A DNA stretch of 64,000 bases, from positions 64,001 through 128,000 of the forward strand of contig CAVWBU010000024.1 of the NCBI GenBank assembly GCA_963753345.1. The letters run 5' to 3'. Positions 44,720-53,996 of this stretch are shown here, piece by piece; the first letter of the stretch is position 1; each line of letters starts with the position of its first letter. Source of the stretch: an uncultured Fibrobacterota bacterium. GTDB lineage: Bacteria > Fibrobacterota > Chitinivibrionia > Chitinivibrionales > FEN-1185. Position numbers and translations under genes: made by a program. The notes below the pieces were generated by a model, which was not told where the DNA came from, made no database searches, and saw only the letters and a program-made list of their open reading frames with translations.

Positions 44720-45409
44720 ATGCACATTCCCGACGGCTATCTCGGCCCCATCACCTGCGGCATCGGCTACGCCGCCATGGCGCCGATATGGGTCCTTGCC
44801 TCGCGCCGCGTGAAAAAGACGCTGGCGGCCAAGCAAGTCCCGCTGCTCGCCATCGGCGCCGCGTTCTCGTTTGTCATCATGATGTTCAACATCCCGATTC
44901 CGGGTGGCACAACCGGGCACGCCGTGGGCGCCGTACTTGTGGCCATACTGCTCGGCCCGTGGGCGGCCTGCATTGCCGTGAGCGTGGCGCTCGTGATACA
45001 GGCCCTCCTCTTCGGCGACGGGGGCATCACCGCCCTGGGCGCAAACTGCTTCAACATGGCGTTTGTTCTGCCGTTCGCGGGGTATTTGGTCTACAGATTG
45101 ATAAGTGGTAACAGCCCGGTTAAATCGGTTCGAAGGGTTGTTGCGGCGGGGATTGCCGGATACGCTGGACTTGTTATCGCCTCCCTGTGCGCGGGCGTCG
45201 AATTCGGCTTGCAGCCGCTGCTTCATCATACAGCTTCCGGCCAAGCGCTGTATTGTCCCTACGGACTGAAAGTCGCGATCACTTCCATGGTGGGCGGGCA
45301 CGCGCTCGTATTCGGTTGGGTAGAGCTTGCGGTAACGGCGCTGGTTGTCAAATTCCTTCAAGCGCAGGATCCTTCGCTGCTCGGGCGGGAAACCACGGCG
45401 CCATCATGA
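44720..45409 (+). CDS. nikM: ECF Ni/Co transporter S component (NikM/CbiM)
   Basis: N-terminal MHIPDGYL, GGTTGH, QALLFGDGGITALGAN. Confidence 0.93.
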   Translation: MHIPDGYLGPITCGIGYAAMAPIWVLASRRVKKTLAAKQVPLLAIGAAFSFVIMMFNIPIPGGTTGHAVGAVLVAILLGPWAACIAVSVALVIQALLFGDGGITALGANCFNMAFVLPFAGYLVYRLISGNSPVKSVRRVVAAGIAGYAGLVIASLCAGVEFGLQPLLHHTASGQALYCPYGLKVAITSMVGGHALVFGWVELAVTALVVKFLQAQDPSLLGRETTAPS

Positions 45410-45747
45410 AGACAACGACAAAACTGTGGATCGGACTCGGCGTTCTCGCCGTCCTTTCCCCAATAGGCCTTTACTTGCCGGAAAAATTCAAGGCGGGATC
45501 GGCATGGGGAGAGTGGGGCGCGAAGGAAATGCAGGGACTGGTCGGATACATCCCCAGTGGACTGGGGAAACTCGGCAAGCTGTGGAATGCCCCCTTGCCC
45601 GATTATGCCTTTAAAGGGTGGGAGAACCTCGGCTTGAGGCATTTGAGCCTTGCATATATCGTCTCGGCGGTTGTCGGCATCGGATTGTGTGTCGGCCTTG
45701 CATTTCTGCTCGGGAAACTGCTTTCCAAAAAGGAAAACGGGCGATGA
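45406..45747 (+). CDS. NikN-like (PDGLE-type) accessory membrane protein
   Basis: LSPIG, AWGEW, APLPDY; two TM segments; ATGA overlaps on both sides. Confidence 0.8.
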   Translation: MKTTTKLWIGLGVLAVLSPIGLYLPEKFKAGSAWGEWGAKEMQGLVGYIPSGLGKLGKLWNAPLPDYAFKGWENLGLRHLSLAYIVSAVVGIGLCVGLAFLLGKLLSKKENGR

Positions 45748-46592
45748 GCGGAAAGAAGACCGGCGGATTTCTGGAGCGAACCATTCTGGGCGCGGTTTCC
45801 GTGCTCAAGGAGACCGTGTCGGCGGAGGGCGTTGCCGGCCGCAAAGGATTTCTTCAGGACCGCGATCCCCGCTTTAAGCTCCTCGGCACGATCCTGTTGC
45901 TGGCAACGGTCCTGATGTCGAAAAGCGTCGCCGAACTGTCGGCAGTCTATTGTGCCGTGCTCATTCTGACCGGGGTTTCATCAATAGGACTCCTGCTGTT
46001 TCTCGAGCGCACGCTCCTGTTTGTCCCGATATTCTCACTCTTTATCGTAGTGCCGGCGATCTTTGATGTCGTGACGCCCGGCGAGCCGCTCGCCTCTTTC
46101 AGGTTGTTGGGATGGAACCTTGCGATCACGAGACAAGGGGTTGACTCCGCAATCATTTTCTTTATGCGGGTGCTCGATTCGGTTTCCATCGCGGTGTTGC
46201 TCGTGCTCACCACACGTCAGCACGTTCTTCTCAAAACACTGCGCATATTCCGCGTGCCGCAGGTGTTCGTCATGACCATGAGCATGAGCTTCCGATACAT
46301 CTTTCTGCTTCTCGATATCATCCAGAGAATGTTCATTGCGATCAAGAGCCGCGTCGGGTTTGTATCGTCATCCAAAGAAGGCCGCAGGGTGGTTACCTCC
46401 ACCATGGCGGGTCTGTGGCTACGCTCGTACCGGTTGCAGTCGCAGGTGTACGATGCCATGGTATCGAGGGGATACTCGGGCGAGGCGTATGTCCTTGACG
46501 AATTCAAAGCAACAGCCGGAGATTTTGCCTTTTCCGCTTTGGCGCTCTGCGCGCTGATAGGAACACTATGGCTCAACAGATATTTTCGCTGA
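45744..46592 (+). CDS. nikQ: ECF transporter T component (NikQ/CbiQ)
   Basis: LQ.RDPRFKL, FRYIFLL, KSR, AM.SRGY. Confidence 0.9.
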   Translation: MSGKKTGGFLERTILGAVSVLKETVSAEGVAGRKGFLQDRDPRFKLLGTILLLATVLMSKSVAELSAVYCAVLILTGVSSIGLLLFLERTLLFVPIFSLFIVVPAIFDVVTPGEPLASFRLLGWNLAITRQGVDSAIIFFMRVLDSVSIAVLLVLTTRQHVLLKTLRIFRVPQVFVMTMSMSFRYIFLLLDIIQRMFIAIKSRVGFVSSSKEGRRVVTSTMAGLWLRSYRLQSQVYDAMVSRGYSGEAYVLDEFKATAGDFAFSALALCALIGTLWLNRYFR

Positions 46593-47422
46593 CAGGCGTC
46601 GGGTATTCGTACCCGGGAAGCATTCCGGCCCTCAGGGACATATCCCTCTCCGTCAACGCAGGTGACCGCGTTGCGATCATCGGCGCAAACGGCACGGGAA
46701 AGTCAACCCTCCTCACCCTGCTGGACGCATTGATTTTTGCAGGCAAAGGGACCGTGTTTGCCTTCGGCAGGGAGCTTTCCGAAAAATCAATGCGCGACGC
46801 CGCGGCACAGCGCAACTTCCGGCGGCGCGTCGGGTTCGTGTTTCAGAACCCCGAGGTCCAGCTCTTCTGCCCCACGGTGCGGGAAGATATTGTATTCGGG
46901 CCTCTACAGCTTGGCGTCGATCACGATGAAATCCGCCGCAGGCTCGATGCAATCGCCGGAATCATGAGGATCACCCACCTTCTTGACCGTTCGCCGCACC
47001 AGCTTTCCATCGGCGAAAAGAAAAAGGCGGCCATTGCTTCGGTGCTGGTCATGGAGCCCGAGGTGCTGCTTCTCGACGAGCCCACGGCCGGGCTCGATCC
47101 CCAGACCATGCGCGACATCATCGACGTGCTCCAGCAGGCGCATGCGGCCGGAAAAACAATCGTTATGGCGACGCACGACCTGCACATCGTGGAAGAGATC
47201 GCCGACGTGGTCCACGTGTTCGGCGCGGAAAAAACCGTTATACGCAGCGGCACGGCAGAGGAAATCCTGACCGATGCCGAATTTTTGCAGGCAAACAACC
47301 TCGTGCACGTGCATGTGCACCGCCACCTTGGCATCACGCACTCACATCCTCACGATCACGCGCATGATAGTGAACATGCGCATCCTCATGCTGACAAACG
47401 CGACATCAGCGGCTTCAGGTAG
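46568..47422 (+). CDS. nikO: ECF transporter ATPase (NikO/CbiO) with His-rich tail
   Basis: GANGTGKST, FQNP, LS.GEKK, LLDEPT, THD. Confidence 0.92.
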   Translation: MAQQIFSLTGVGYSYPGSIPALRDISLSVNAGDRVAIIGANGTGKSTLLTLLDALIFAGKGTVFAFGRELSEKSMRDAAAQRNFRRRVGFVFQNPEVQLFCPTVREDIVFGPLQLGVDHDEIRRRLDAIAGIMRITHLLDRSPHQLSIGEKKKAAIASVLVMEPEVLLLDEPTAGLDPQTMRDIIDVLQQAHAAGKTIVMATHDLHIVEEIADVVHVFGAEKTVIRSGTAEEILTDAEFLQANNLVHVHVHRHLGITHSHPHDHAHDSEHAHPHADKRDISGFR

Positions 47423-47465
47423 GAAGCAAGGCTTTGCGGTCTCGAGCGCGCGGCGGGGCAGGCGG

Positions 47466-47500
47466 AAAAAGAAACCGCCCCGGGTTTCCCCGGGGCGGCC
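47466..47500 (-). terminator. Intrinsic terminator
   Basis: Minus strand CCGCCCCGGG-GAAA-CCCGGGGCGG then TTTCTTTTT. Confidence 0.8.
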
Positions 47501-47538
47501 ATGACACAAACCCCATAGTCGAACAAAAGCGACGGCAA

Positions 47539-47967
47539 TTACTTTGCAGGTTCAGCGGCAGGAGCGGCTGCAGGAGCGGCTTCCGTCTTTTCTGCTTTCT
47601 TCGCTTTTTCGGCTTTGGGTGCTGCAGCGGCTGCAACAGCTATCTTTTCGGCGACTTTCTTTCCGTCAACCATCTTGCAGGTAACCGTCACTTTTGAGTC
47701 TGCTTTGATGTCGCCAAGGGTAATTGTTTCTTTTCCGCTTGTGATCTTGGCATCGGTGGCAACGGACAGGGTGTCGTCTTTCTTTCCAACTTTTACAATG
47801 ATTGTGTTCGCGACTGCGTCGGCGGATACAAACATTCCCTTGATCGCGGCGGGTGCTGCCTCTTTCTTCGCACCTTTGGCCGGCGCGGCCTTAGGAGCAG
47901 CGGCTTCCTGAGCAAGCACAAGGCTTGTGCAGGCGAGGGCGAGGACAAGAATCTTGGTGAGCTTCAT
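47539..47967 (-). CDS. Small secreted Ala/Lys-rich protein with an OB-fold-like core
   Basis: AAGGAG RBS, signal peptide MKLTKILVLALA, core G....D....TI.V...TL.DIK....VTV. Confidence 0.75.
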   Translation of the reverse strand: MKLTKILVLALACTSLVLAQEAAAPKAAPAKGAKKEAAPAAIKGMFVSADAVANTIIVKVGKKDDTLSVATDAKITSGKETITLGDIKADSKVTVTCKMVDGKKVAEKIAVAAAAAPKAEKAKKAEKTEAAPAAAPAAEPAK

Positions 47968-48060
47968 ACGGCACTCCTTTATGTGATGGTGAAAGGTTGA
48001 TTGATATGGGGTTTGATTGTTTAAGACATTCCTAGTTTCAGAGACAACGCAGATACTGAC

Positions 48061-48076
48061 GCAAACCACTTGCCAA
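48061..48076 (-). promoter_or_regulatory. Sigma54 -24/-12 promoter
   Basis: Minus strand TTGGCAAGTGGTTTGC (GG-N10-GC), ~95 nt upstream of 47967. Confidence 0.8.
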
Positions 48077-48183
48077 AATAGGCCGCTTCTGTTGGAAACC
48101 GGCCAGCTTGTTATGATTCAAAACATTACGACCATTTTGAGATTCAGATTAAGGAAAGGGGCAACAGCCAGGTTAAGCGCATA

Positions 48184-48223
48184 ACATACGATTTGGTGTG
48201 TTTACATACACGAAATTGTATGT
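48184..48223. promoter_or_regulatory. Candidate upstream activator site
   Basis: Inverted repeat ACATACGATTTGGTGT-N8-ACACGAAATTGTATGT (14 of 16 match), ~110 nt upstream of the sigma54 site. Confidence 0.55.
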
Positions 48224-48294
48224 CGGGGTATAGGACTTGGGGATGCCGGTTGCACGAAAAACAAGGCAGGAAGCAGCGGGGATTCCGGAAAGGG

Positions 48295-49656
48295 TCAGCC
48301 TGTGAACTGCTGCCCCTCCTTGAGCCCGAATTTCTCCGCGCGGTACTGGAAGGTGCGGTAGGTCATTCCGAGAAGCTTCGCTGCATCAGCCATCACCCCG
48401 CCCGACTGCTTGAGCGCCTGGGCCAGCATGTTCTTTTCCCACTCCTCAAACACGATTCCCTCTCTCGGAAGGTCCAGGGCGGTGGAAATCGCGGAAACGG
48501 ACCTGGCTACGCGCAGTTCGACCGGCAGGTCGTCCACCGTGATCCGGTCGCTGCTTGACAAAACAGTAATCCGCTCCATCACCGCCTCGAGCTCGCGCAC
48601 GTTCCCCGGCCACGAATATTCCCGGAGGAGTTTCATCGCCGCATCGTCCACCGTCTTCGGCCTGCCCGAGCGGCTGAGGAAGAACCGGAGAAGGGCCTCG
48701 AGGTCTTCGCCCCGTTCGCGCAGCGGCGGGATGGAAATCGGGATGATGTTGAGCCGGTAATAGAGGTCGTCGCGGAATGTTCCCTGCTTTATCGCCTCTT
48801 CGAGGTTTTTGTTGGTGGCGGCGATGATGCGGAGGTCGACCGGGATGCTCTTCGTGCCGCCCACGCGCCTGATTTCCTTTTCCTGGAACACGCGCAGGAG
48901 TTTCGCCTGCGTCGACAGCGACATGTCGCCGACTTCGTCGAGGAACAGGGTGCTGCCCGAAGCGGATTCTATGAGCCCCACATGCAAGTTCTGCGCACCG
49001 GTAAACGAGCCTCTTTCGTGGCCGAACAGCTCGGATTCGAGCAGGGTCTCGGTGAACGCCGCACAGTTGATGCTCTGCATGGGCTTGCGGCCGCGGCCGC
49101 TCTGGTAATGGATGAGCCGCGCGATCCGTTCCTTGCCCGTGCCGGACTCGCCGCGGATCAGCACCGTGGAGTCGCTCTGCGCGACTTTCTTGACAATATC
49201 CAGTACGTTCCTCATCACCTCCGACACCGCCACCAGACCTTCCGTCTGCTGTTTCGTAAGTTCGTCGCGCAGTTTCTGACTTTCGAGGCGGGCGGTGTAG
49301 GTTTCCGCGGCAAGGTCCACCACCTCCCGCAGGACCTGGCTCTGCAGCGGCTTGCTGAGATAATGGTATGCGCCCAGCTGTTTGGCCTTTTGTTTTATTT
49401 CGGGAGATCCGTGGGCGGTTATCATGACGACCTTTGGAGGCAGAGGAAGCCTGGCGACTTCCTCGACCAGCACAAAACCGCTCTTCCCTTCCATCTTGAG
49501 GTCGGTAAGAATGACATCGGGCCCAAATTCCGAAAGCTGCACGAGCGCACTGTCCACATTGTGCGCCTCCACGACCAGATGTCCCGCCGACCGCAGGATA
49601 CTTGCCATGATGTTCCGCTGCGCGGCCTCGTCGTCAACGATGAGTACTCGTGCCAT
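48295..49656 (-). CDS. NtrC-family sigma54-dependent response regulator
   Basis: REC domain, GESGTGKE, ESELFGHERGSFTGA, FLDE, WPGNVREL, HTH. Confidence 0.95.
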   Translation of the reverse strand: MARVLIVDDEAAQRNIMASILRSAGHLVVEAHNVDSALVQLSEFGPDVILTDLKMEGKSGFVLVEEVARLPLPPKVVMITAHGSPEIKQKAKQLGAYHYLSKPLQSQVLREVVDLAAETYTARLESQKLRDELTKQQTEGLVAVSEVMRNVLDIVKKVAQSDSTVLIRGESGTGKERIARLIHYQSGRGRKPMQSINCAAFTETLLESELFGHERGSFTGAQNLHVGLIESASGSTLFLDEVGDMSLSTQAKLLRVFQEKEIRRVGGTKSIPVDLRIIAATNKNLEEAIKQGTFRDDLYYRLNIIPISIPPLRERGEDLEALLRFFLSRSGRPKTVDDAAMKLLREYSWPGNVRELEAVMERITVLSSSDRITVDDLPVELRVARSVSAISTALDLPREGIVFEEWEKNMLAQALKQSGGVMADAAKLLGMTYRTFQYRAEKFGLKEGQQFTG

Positions 49657-49667
49657 GCTGTGATCCT

Positions 49668-51122
49668 CTACGATGCCTCGGCGGCCTCGGCCGGGACGGC
49701 ATCTTCTACTTTGTCAATCGGCAGCACGATGTCGAACTGCGCGCCGCCGCCCGAATGGTTGCTGGCGTGTATCGTGCCGCCGTGTTCCTCGACAATTCTG
49801 CGAGCGAGTGCGAGCCCGAGCCCTGTTCCGCCCGGCCGCTTGCTGAAGTACGGTTCGAAAATGCGTTCGAGGTTTTCCGGTGCGATCCCCTGCCCGTTGT
49901 CGACGACTCTTATGAGCATGCTGCGGTTTGGGGTGGGCTCCGCGACAAGCGATATCGTGCCTCCCTCGGGAACCGCCTCGATGGCATTGAGGAGCAGGTT
50001 GAGGAACACGAGCCGCATCTGTTCGATATCGGCATTGATGGTCTGCGATGTGTCGCCGGAATATTCCATGGAAACGCGCTTCGCGAGAAGCTGCTGCTTG
50101 ATAAGCATCTGCAGCTGATCGAACAGTTCGGACAAGGGGAATTCGGTCTTCTTGAGCCGCGAAGGTCTGCCGATGGTGAGGAACTCGCTTACCATCTTGT
50201 TAAGCTGCTGAACCTCCGCCTTGAGCGCCGTTATCAGCTCCAGGTAGGACCCCCGCCGGCCTTCTTCCTCCGGAAGGTATTCGTCGCTGAGATGATCGGC
50301 CGTGAGATTGATAAGATTGAGGGGGTTCCGTATTTCGTGGGCGAGGTTTGAGGCCATTTCGGCAAGGATCGCATGACGCTCAAGATCGCGCAGCTTATCC
50401 TCCAGAAGCTTCTGCATGCTCAGCTTCTGCGTCATGGCGTTGAAGGATTTGGTGAGGCGCCCGATCTCATCGCGCCCCTTGTGCGGGAGCCGCACCGACA
50501 GGTCGCCCGACGCCACGTGCTCTGCCGCGCTGGAAAGCTGCCGCAGGGGCTTGCTGAGGCGATACAGTACGAAGAACGAAACAAAGAACATGATGAACAG
50601 CGCTATCGATGCTATGATGAGGGTCCGTATGTTCAGTTGACGGGCAAGAATCCCGAAATCGTTGACGACGATGGACGTCTCGAGCATGCCGATCACCTTG
50701 TTGTCGCGGATGATGGGGACCTGGACGAAATCGTAGCGCACCGGCGTTCCGCCGGAATCCTCGGCGCCGTATTGCGCACGTACGATAATTTCCTTGCCGG
50801 ATAGAAGACTGCTCTGCTGCCCCACTTTCTTCGGGTTGGTGCTCGCCACGATCTTTTGCGTGCTTCCCACTACCGAAACTTCACGGACGCGACTGTCGCT
50901 TTTCATCTCTTCGATGAACCGCTCCAGCGCCTCAAAGTCGCGGCCCTTTCTGGTGGCAAGTTTCTGCGTCGAATAGTGCACCGTATGGACTATGTCCTGA
51001 ATGTCGCTTTCGAACTGCCGGATGATGTGGCGCTCGAACTGTATTGTAAAGAACAGCATGAGCGCAACGACAATGACGAAAAACGGCGCAAAGACAAGAA
51101 AAAGCTTGGTTTGAAAACTCAT
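49668..51122 (-). CDS. Sensor histidine kinase with HAMP domain
   Basis: Two TM segments, DEIG.L, AHEIRNPL, NLLLNA, DNG.GI, GTGLGL. Confidence 0.95.
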   Translation of the reverse strand: MSFQTKLFLVFAPFFVIVVALMLFFTIQFERHIIRQFESDIQDIVHTVHYSTQKLATRKGRDFEALERFIEEMKSDSRVREVSVVGSTQKIVASTNPKKVGQQSSLLSGKEIIVRAQYGAEDSGGTPVRYDFVQVPIIRDNKVIGMLETSIVVNDFGILARQLNIRTLIIASIALFIMFFVSFFVLYRLSKPLRQLSSAAEHVASGDLSVRLPHKGRDEIGRLTKSFNAMTQKLSMQKLLEDKLRDLERHAILAEMASNLAHEIRNPLNLINLTADHLSDEYLPEEEGRRGSYLELITALKAEVQQLNKMVSEFLTIGRPSRLKKTEFPLSELFDQLQMLIKQQLLAKRVSMEYSGDTSQTINADIEQMRLVFLNLLLNAIEAVPEGGTISLVAEPTPNRSMLIRVVDNGQGIAPENLERIFEPYFSKRPGGTGLGLALARRIVEEHGGTIHASNHSGGGAQFDIVLPIDKVEDAVPAEAAEAS

Positions 51123-51309
51123 AGTGATGAACTGTTGGTTTGTGGCGGTTCCGAACCTTCAGTAAAATAGTACCTCATAGCGTGCCGGTAGCAACAATTT
51201 GTATGGCCGACAATCCCCTATCTGCGGCCTCCGTTTTTCCACCGGCAGCATTCGGCTCCTTTTCGCCGAATTCTGTGCCCGTATTCGAATTATGTATTTT
51301 GAGTGAGAC

Positions 51310-52836
51310 ATGAAAAACATGCATGATGCCGAAGCGCTTGTCAGAGTGACCATCTTCGACGGCGCAAAGAAGACAGTGCTTGCCCGCAAGGGCGGCTCAC
51401 TTCTTGACATATTGCGGAAAGCCGGCGCATCGTTCTTTACCGTATGCGGGGGAAAAGGCATTTGCAGAAAATGCGCCGTAACCGTACGAGGCACAGGACG
51501 GAGATTGGCCTGCCGCCACACAGTCACGCGCGACCTGGAAGTCGTCGTGCCGCCGCGCGCCAAGGCGCTCATCCTCGAATCGGGGAAAGACCTGCAGGCG
51601 GTACGCCGCAAGCGGCCAAGGCCGTACAATTCACGCTCGCGTCCGAAAAGATCGTATGGCCTTGCCATCGACATCGGCACGACGACGGTGGTGGTTTATC
51701 TCGAGGACCTGGCGGCAGGAATATCAGCCGGTGTTGAATCGTTTGTCAATCCACAAAGCGCATACGGCCATGATGTGATTAGCAGGATTCATCACTGCAT
51801 GGAACGCAGAGGCGGGCTTAGGGAGCTTCGTGATTGCCTTATCGCAGGAATAAATGAATCCATCGGCGCGCTGTGCCGCAGAGCGGGCGTGCAATGCAAA
51901 GACATCCGCCGGGCGGCAGTTGCGGGCAATCCCACAATGCTCCACCTTTTTTTGGGGATAAACCCGGTTTCCATCGCACATGCGCCTTACCAACCGGTCT
52001 TCACGGCTTCACAAAAAATAACCGGCAGGCTGAGCGGCCTTCAGATGAACGAAACCGGCGTCGTTTGCATCCTTCCGGGCGTATCGGGGTACGTGGGTGC
52101 CGACATAACGGCAGGCGTCGCATCCACGCCGATACTTGACAGCAGGGAGTATTCGCTGTACCTTGACATAGGAACAAACGGCGAAATCGCCGTTGGCAAT
52201 AAAAACAGACTCTGGTGCTGCGCCGCCGCGGCGGGTCCGGCATTCGAAGGCGCGTCGCTTGCATGCGGCATGGGGGGAATCGAAGGGGCATTGTGCTCAT
52301 TTCATAACGGGAAGTACGACACCATCGGCGATGCGCCGCTCGCGGGGATATGCGGGTCCGGCATCGTCGACATCGCCGCGGTATTGCTTGACAAAGGAAT
52401 AATTGACGCGAGCGGATACATGAAAGCGCGGTTCGTCGTCGAAAGAGGCGCCCGGACGGCCACGGGACGCTCCATCGCGGTTACGCCGGCCGACATCAGG
52501 GAGATCCAGCTTGCCAAAGCGGCAATTCAGGCCGGCATAAGAATCCTGCTCAAAACCGCGGGCCTCCGCATTGAAGACGTGGAACATCTGTATCTGGCCG
52601 GCGCGTTCGGCTCCTTCATGAACGTGAAAAACGCAGCGGCAATCGGCTTGATTCCAGGGGAACTAAAAGGCAGGGTGATTTCACTGGGCAACGCTGCCGG
52701 CACCGGCGCGCGCAATGCCGTACAGTCAAGCAGCTTCAGGGTGCGCGTTGAGAGAATCGCGGCCATGGCACGGTATATCGAGTTGTCGGGCCGGAAGGAT
52801 TTCAACGAGGAATTCGTTGCTACCATGGGATTCTGA
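51310..52836 (+). CDS. ASKHA-domain 2Fe-2S protein (RACo/DUF4445, corrinoid activator family)
   Basis: CGGKGICRKC...RLAC, DIGTTT, DIGTNGE, AGPAFEG, GICGSG, LAGAFG. Confidence 0.9.
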   Translation: MKNMHDAEALVRVTIFDGAKKTVLARKGGSLLDILRKAGASFFTVCGGKGICRKCAVTVRGTGRRLACRHTVTRDLEVVVPPRAKALILESGKDLQAVRRKRPRPYNSRSRPKRSYGLAIDIGTTTVVVYLEDLAAGISAGVESFVNPQSAYGHDVISRIHHCMERRGGLRELRDCLIAGINESIGALCRRAGVQCKDIRRAAVAGNPTMLHLFLGINPVSIAHAPYQPVFTASQKITGRLSGLQMNETGVVCILPGVSGYVGADITAGVASTPILDSREYSLYLDIGTNGEIAVGNKNRLWCCAAAAGPAFEGASLACGMGGIEGALCSFHNGKYDTIGDAPLAGICGSGIVDIAAVLLDKGIIDASGYMKARFVVERGARTATGRSIAVTPADIREIQLAKAAIQAGIRILLKTAGLRIEDVEHLYLAGAFGSFMNVKNAAAIGLIPGELKGRVISLGNAAGTGARNAVQSSSFRVRVERIAAMARYIELSGRKDFNEEFVATMGF

Positions 52837-52967
52837 GCGCGAGTCCCCGGGAGTAATGACCGCCCCGCGGCACGCCCCGAGAAAATTCACCAATCTGCAA
52901 TCAGCGGCAACGTATTTTTTATAGAGAAATCCGGGTCTCAACGGAAAACAAAGAGGGATTTGACAAC

Positions 52968-53933
52968 ATGCGCATCCTATCGGGGATCCAGCCTTCGGGA
53001 ACGCTTCACATCGGCAACTTTCTCGGCATGATCCAGCCCATGGTGCAATCGCAGGAAGAAAATGAGCTGTTTTGCTTTCTTGCCAACCTGCACAGTCTCA
53101 CGTCGGTGTTTGATCCGAAACAGCTTCAGACATACACCAACGAAGCGATTATCGACCTGCTCGCGCTCGGTATTAGTCCCGACAAGTCGGTATTCTGGGT
53201 CCAGTCCGATGTTCCCGAGGTGACCGAACTCACCTGGTATCTTAACAACGTGACGCCCATGGGGCTCCTTGAACGCTGCCATTCCTACAAAGACAAGGTT
53301 GCGAAAGGCCTTCCTGCCAGCAACGGTCTGTTCTCGTATCCGGTGCTCATGGCCGCCGACATCCTCATGTATCAGACGAATGTCGTTCCCGTCGGAAAAG
53401 ACCAGAAACAGCACGTTGAAGTTGCCCGCGATATTGCCATAAAATTCAACCAGACCTACGGCAACGTGTTCACGGTGCCGGAGCCGAGGATCCGCGAAGA
53501 GGTGGCCGTGATCCCCGGCATCGACGGCCAGAAAATGTCGAAGTCCTACGGCAACACCATCGACATCTTTGCTCCGGAAAATCAACTCAAGAAGAGGATC
53601 ATGAGCATTGTCACCGACCCCACGCCGCTCGAACAGCCCAAGGATCCGGACAGGAGCGTGGTGTTCGCCGTGTACAAGCTCTTTGCAGGACGGGAAAAAA
53701 CATCGGCAATGGAACAGCGGCTTCGAAACGGCGGGTACGGATACGGGGACGCCAAAAAGGAATTATTCTCAGTCCTCTGGGAATATTTTCTGCCCTTCAG
53801 GCAAAAACGCGAACAGCTGGCCGCCAATCGCGACTATGTTGACGAGGTGCGAAAGACCGGTGCCCGCAAGGCCCGCGCCGCCGGAACACCGACGCTCGAT
53901 GCGGTGAGAAAACTGGTGGGAACGGCGCAATAG
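52968..53933 (+). CDS. trpS: Tryptophanyl-tRNA synthetase
   Basis: HIGN, YPVLMAADIL, PVGKDQKQH, KMSKS. Confidence 0.97.
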   Translation: MRILSGIQPSGTLHIGNFLGMIQPMVQSQEENELFCFLANLHSLTSVFDPKQLQTYTNEAIIDLLALGISPDKSVFWVQSDVPEVTELTWYLNNVTPMGLLERCHSYKDKVAKGLPASNGLFSYPVLMAADILMYQTNVVPVGKDQKQHVEVARDIAIKFNQTYGNVFTVPEPRIREEVAVIPGIDGQKMSKSYGNTIDIFAPENQLKKRIMSIVTDPTPLEQPKDPDRSVVFAVYKLFAGREKTSAMEQRLRNGGYGYGDAKKELFSVLWEYFLPFRQKREQLAANRDYVDEVRKTGARKARAAGTPTLDAVRKLVGTAQ

Positions 53934-53996
53934 CAGGGTCGGCAGGAAACCTGCCGGAACGGACATTCGTGCCTTCGGGTTTCCTCGAGCCAGGCA

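Noticed and set aside
44580-44720. Cobalamin riboswitch before the cbiM-like gene
   Set aside because: No B12-box elements; the region is short, AT-rich and explained by NikR-type palindromes
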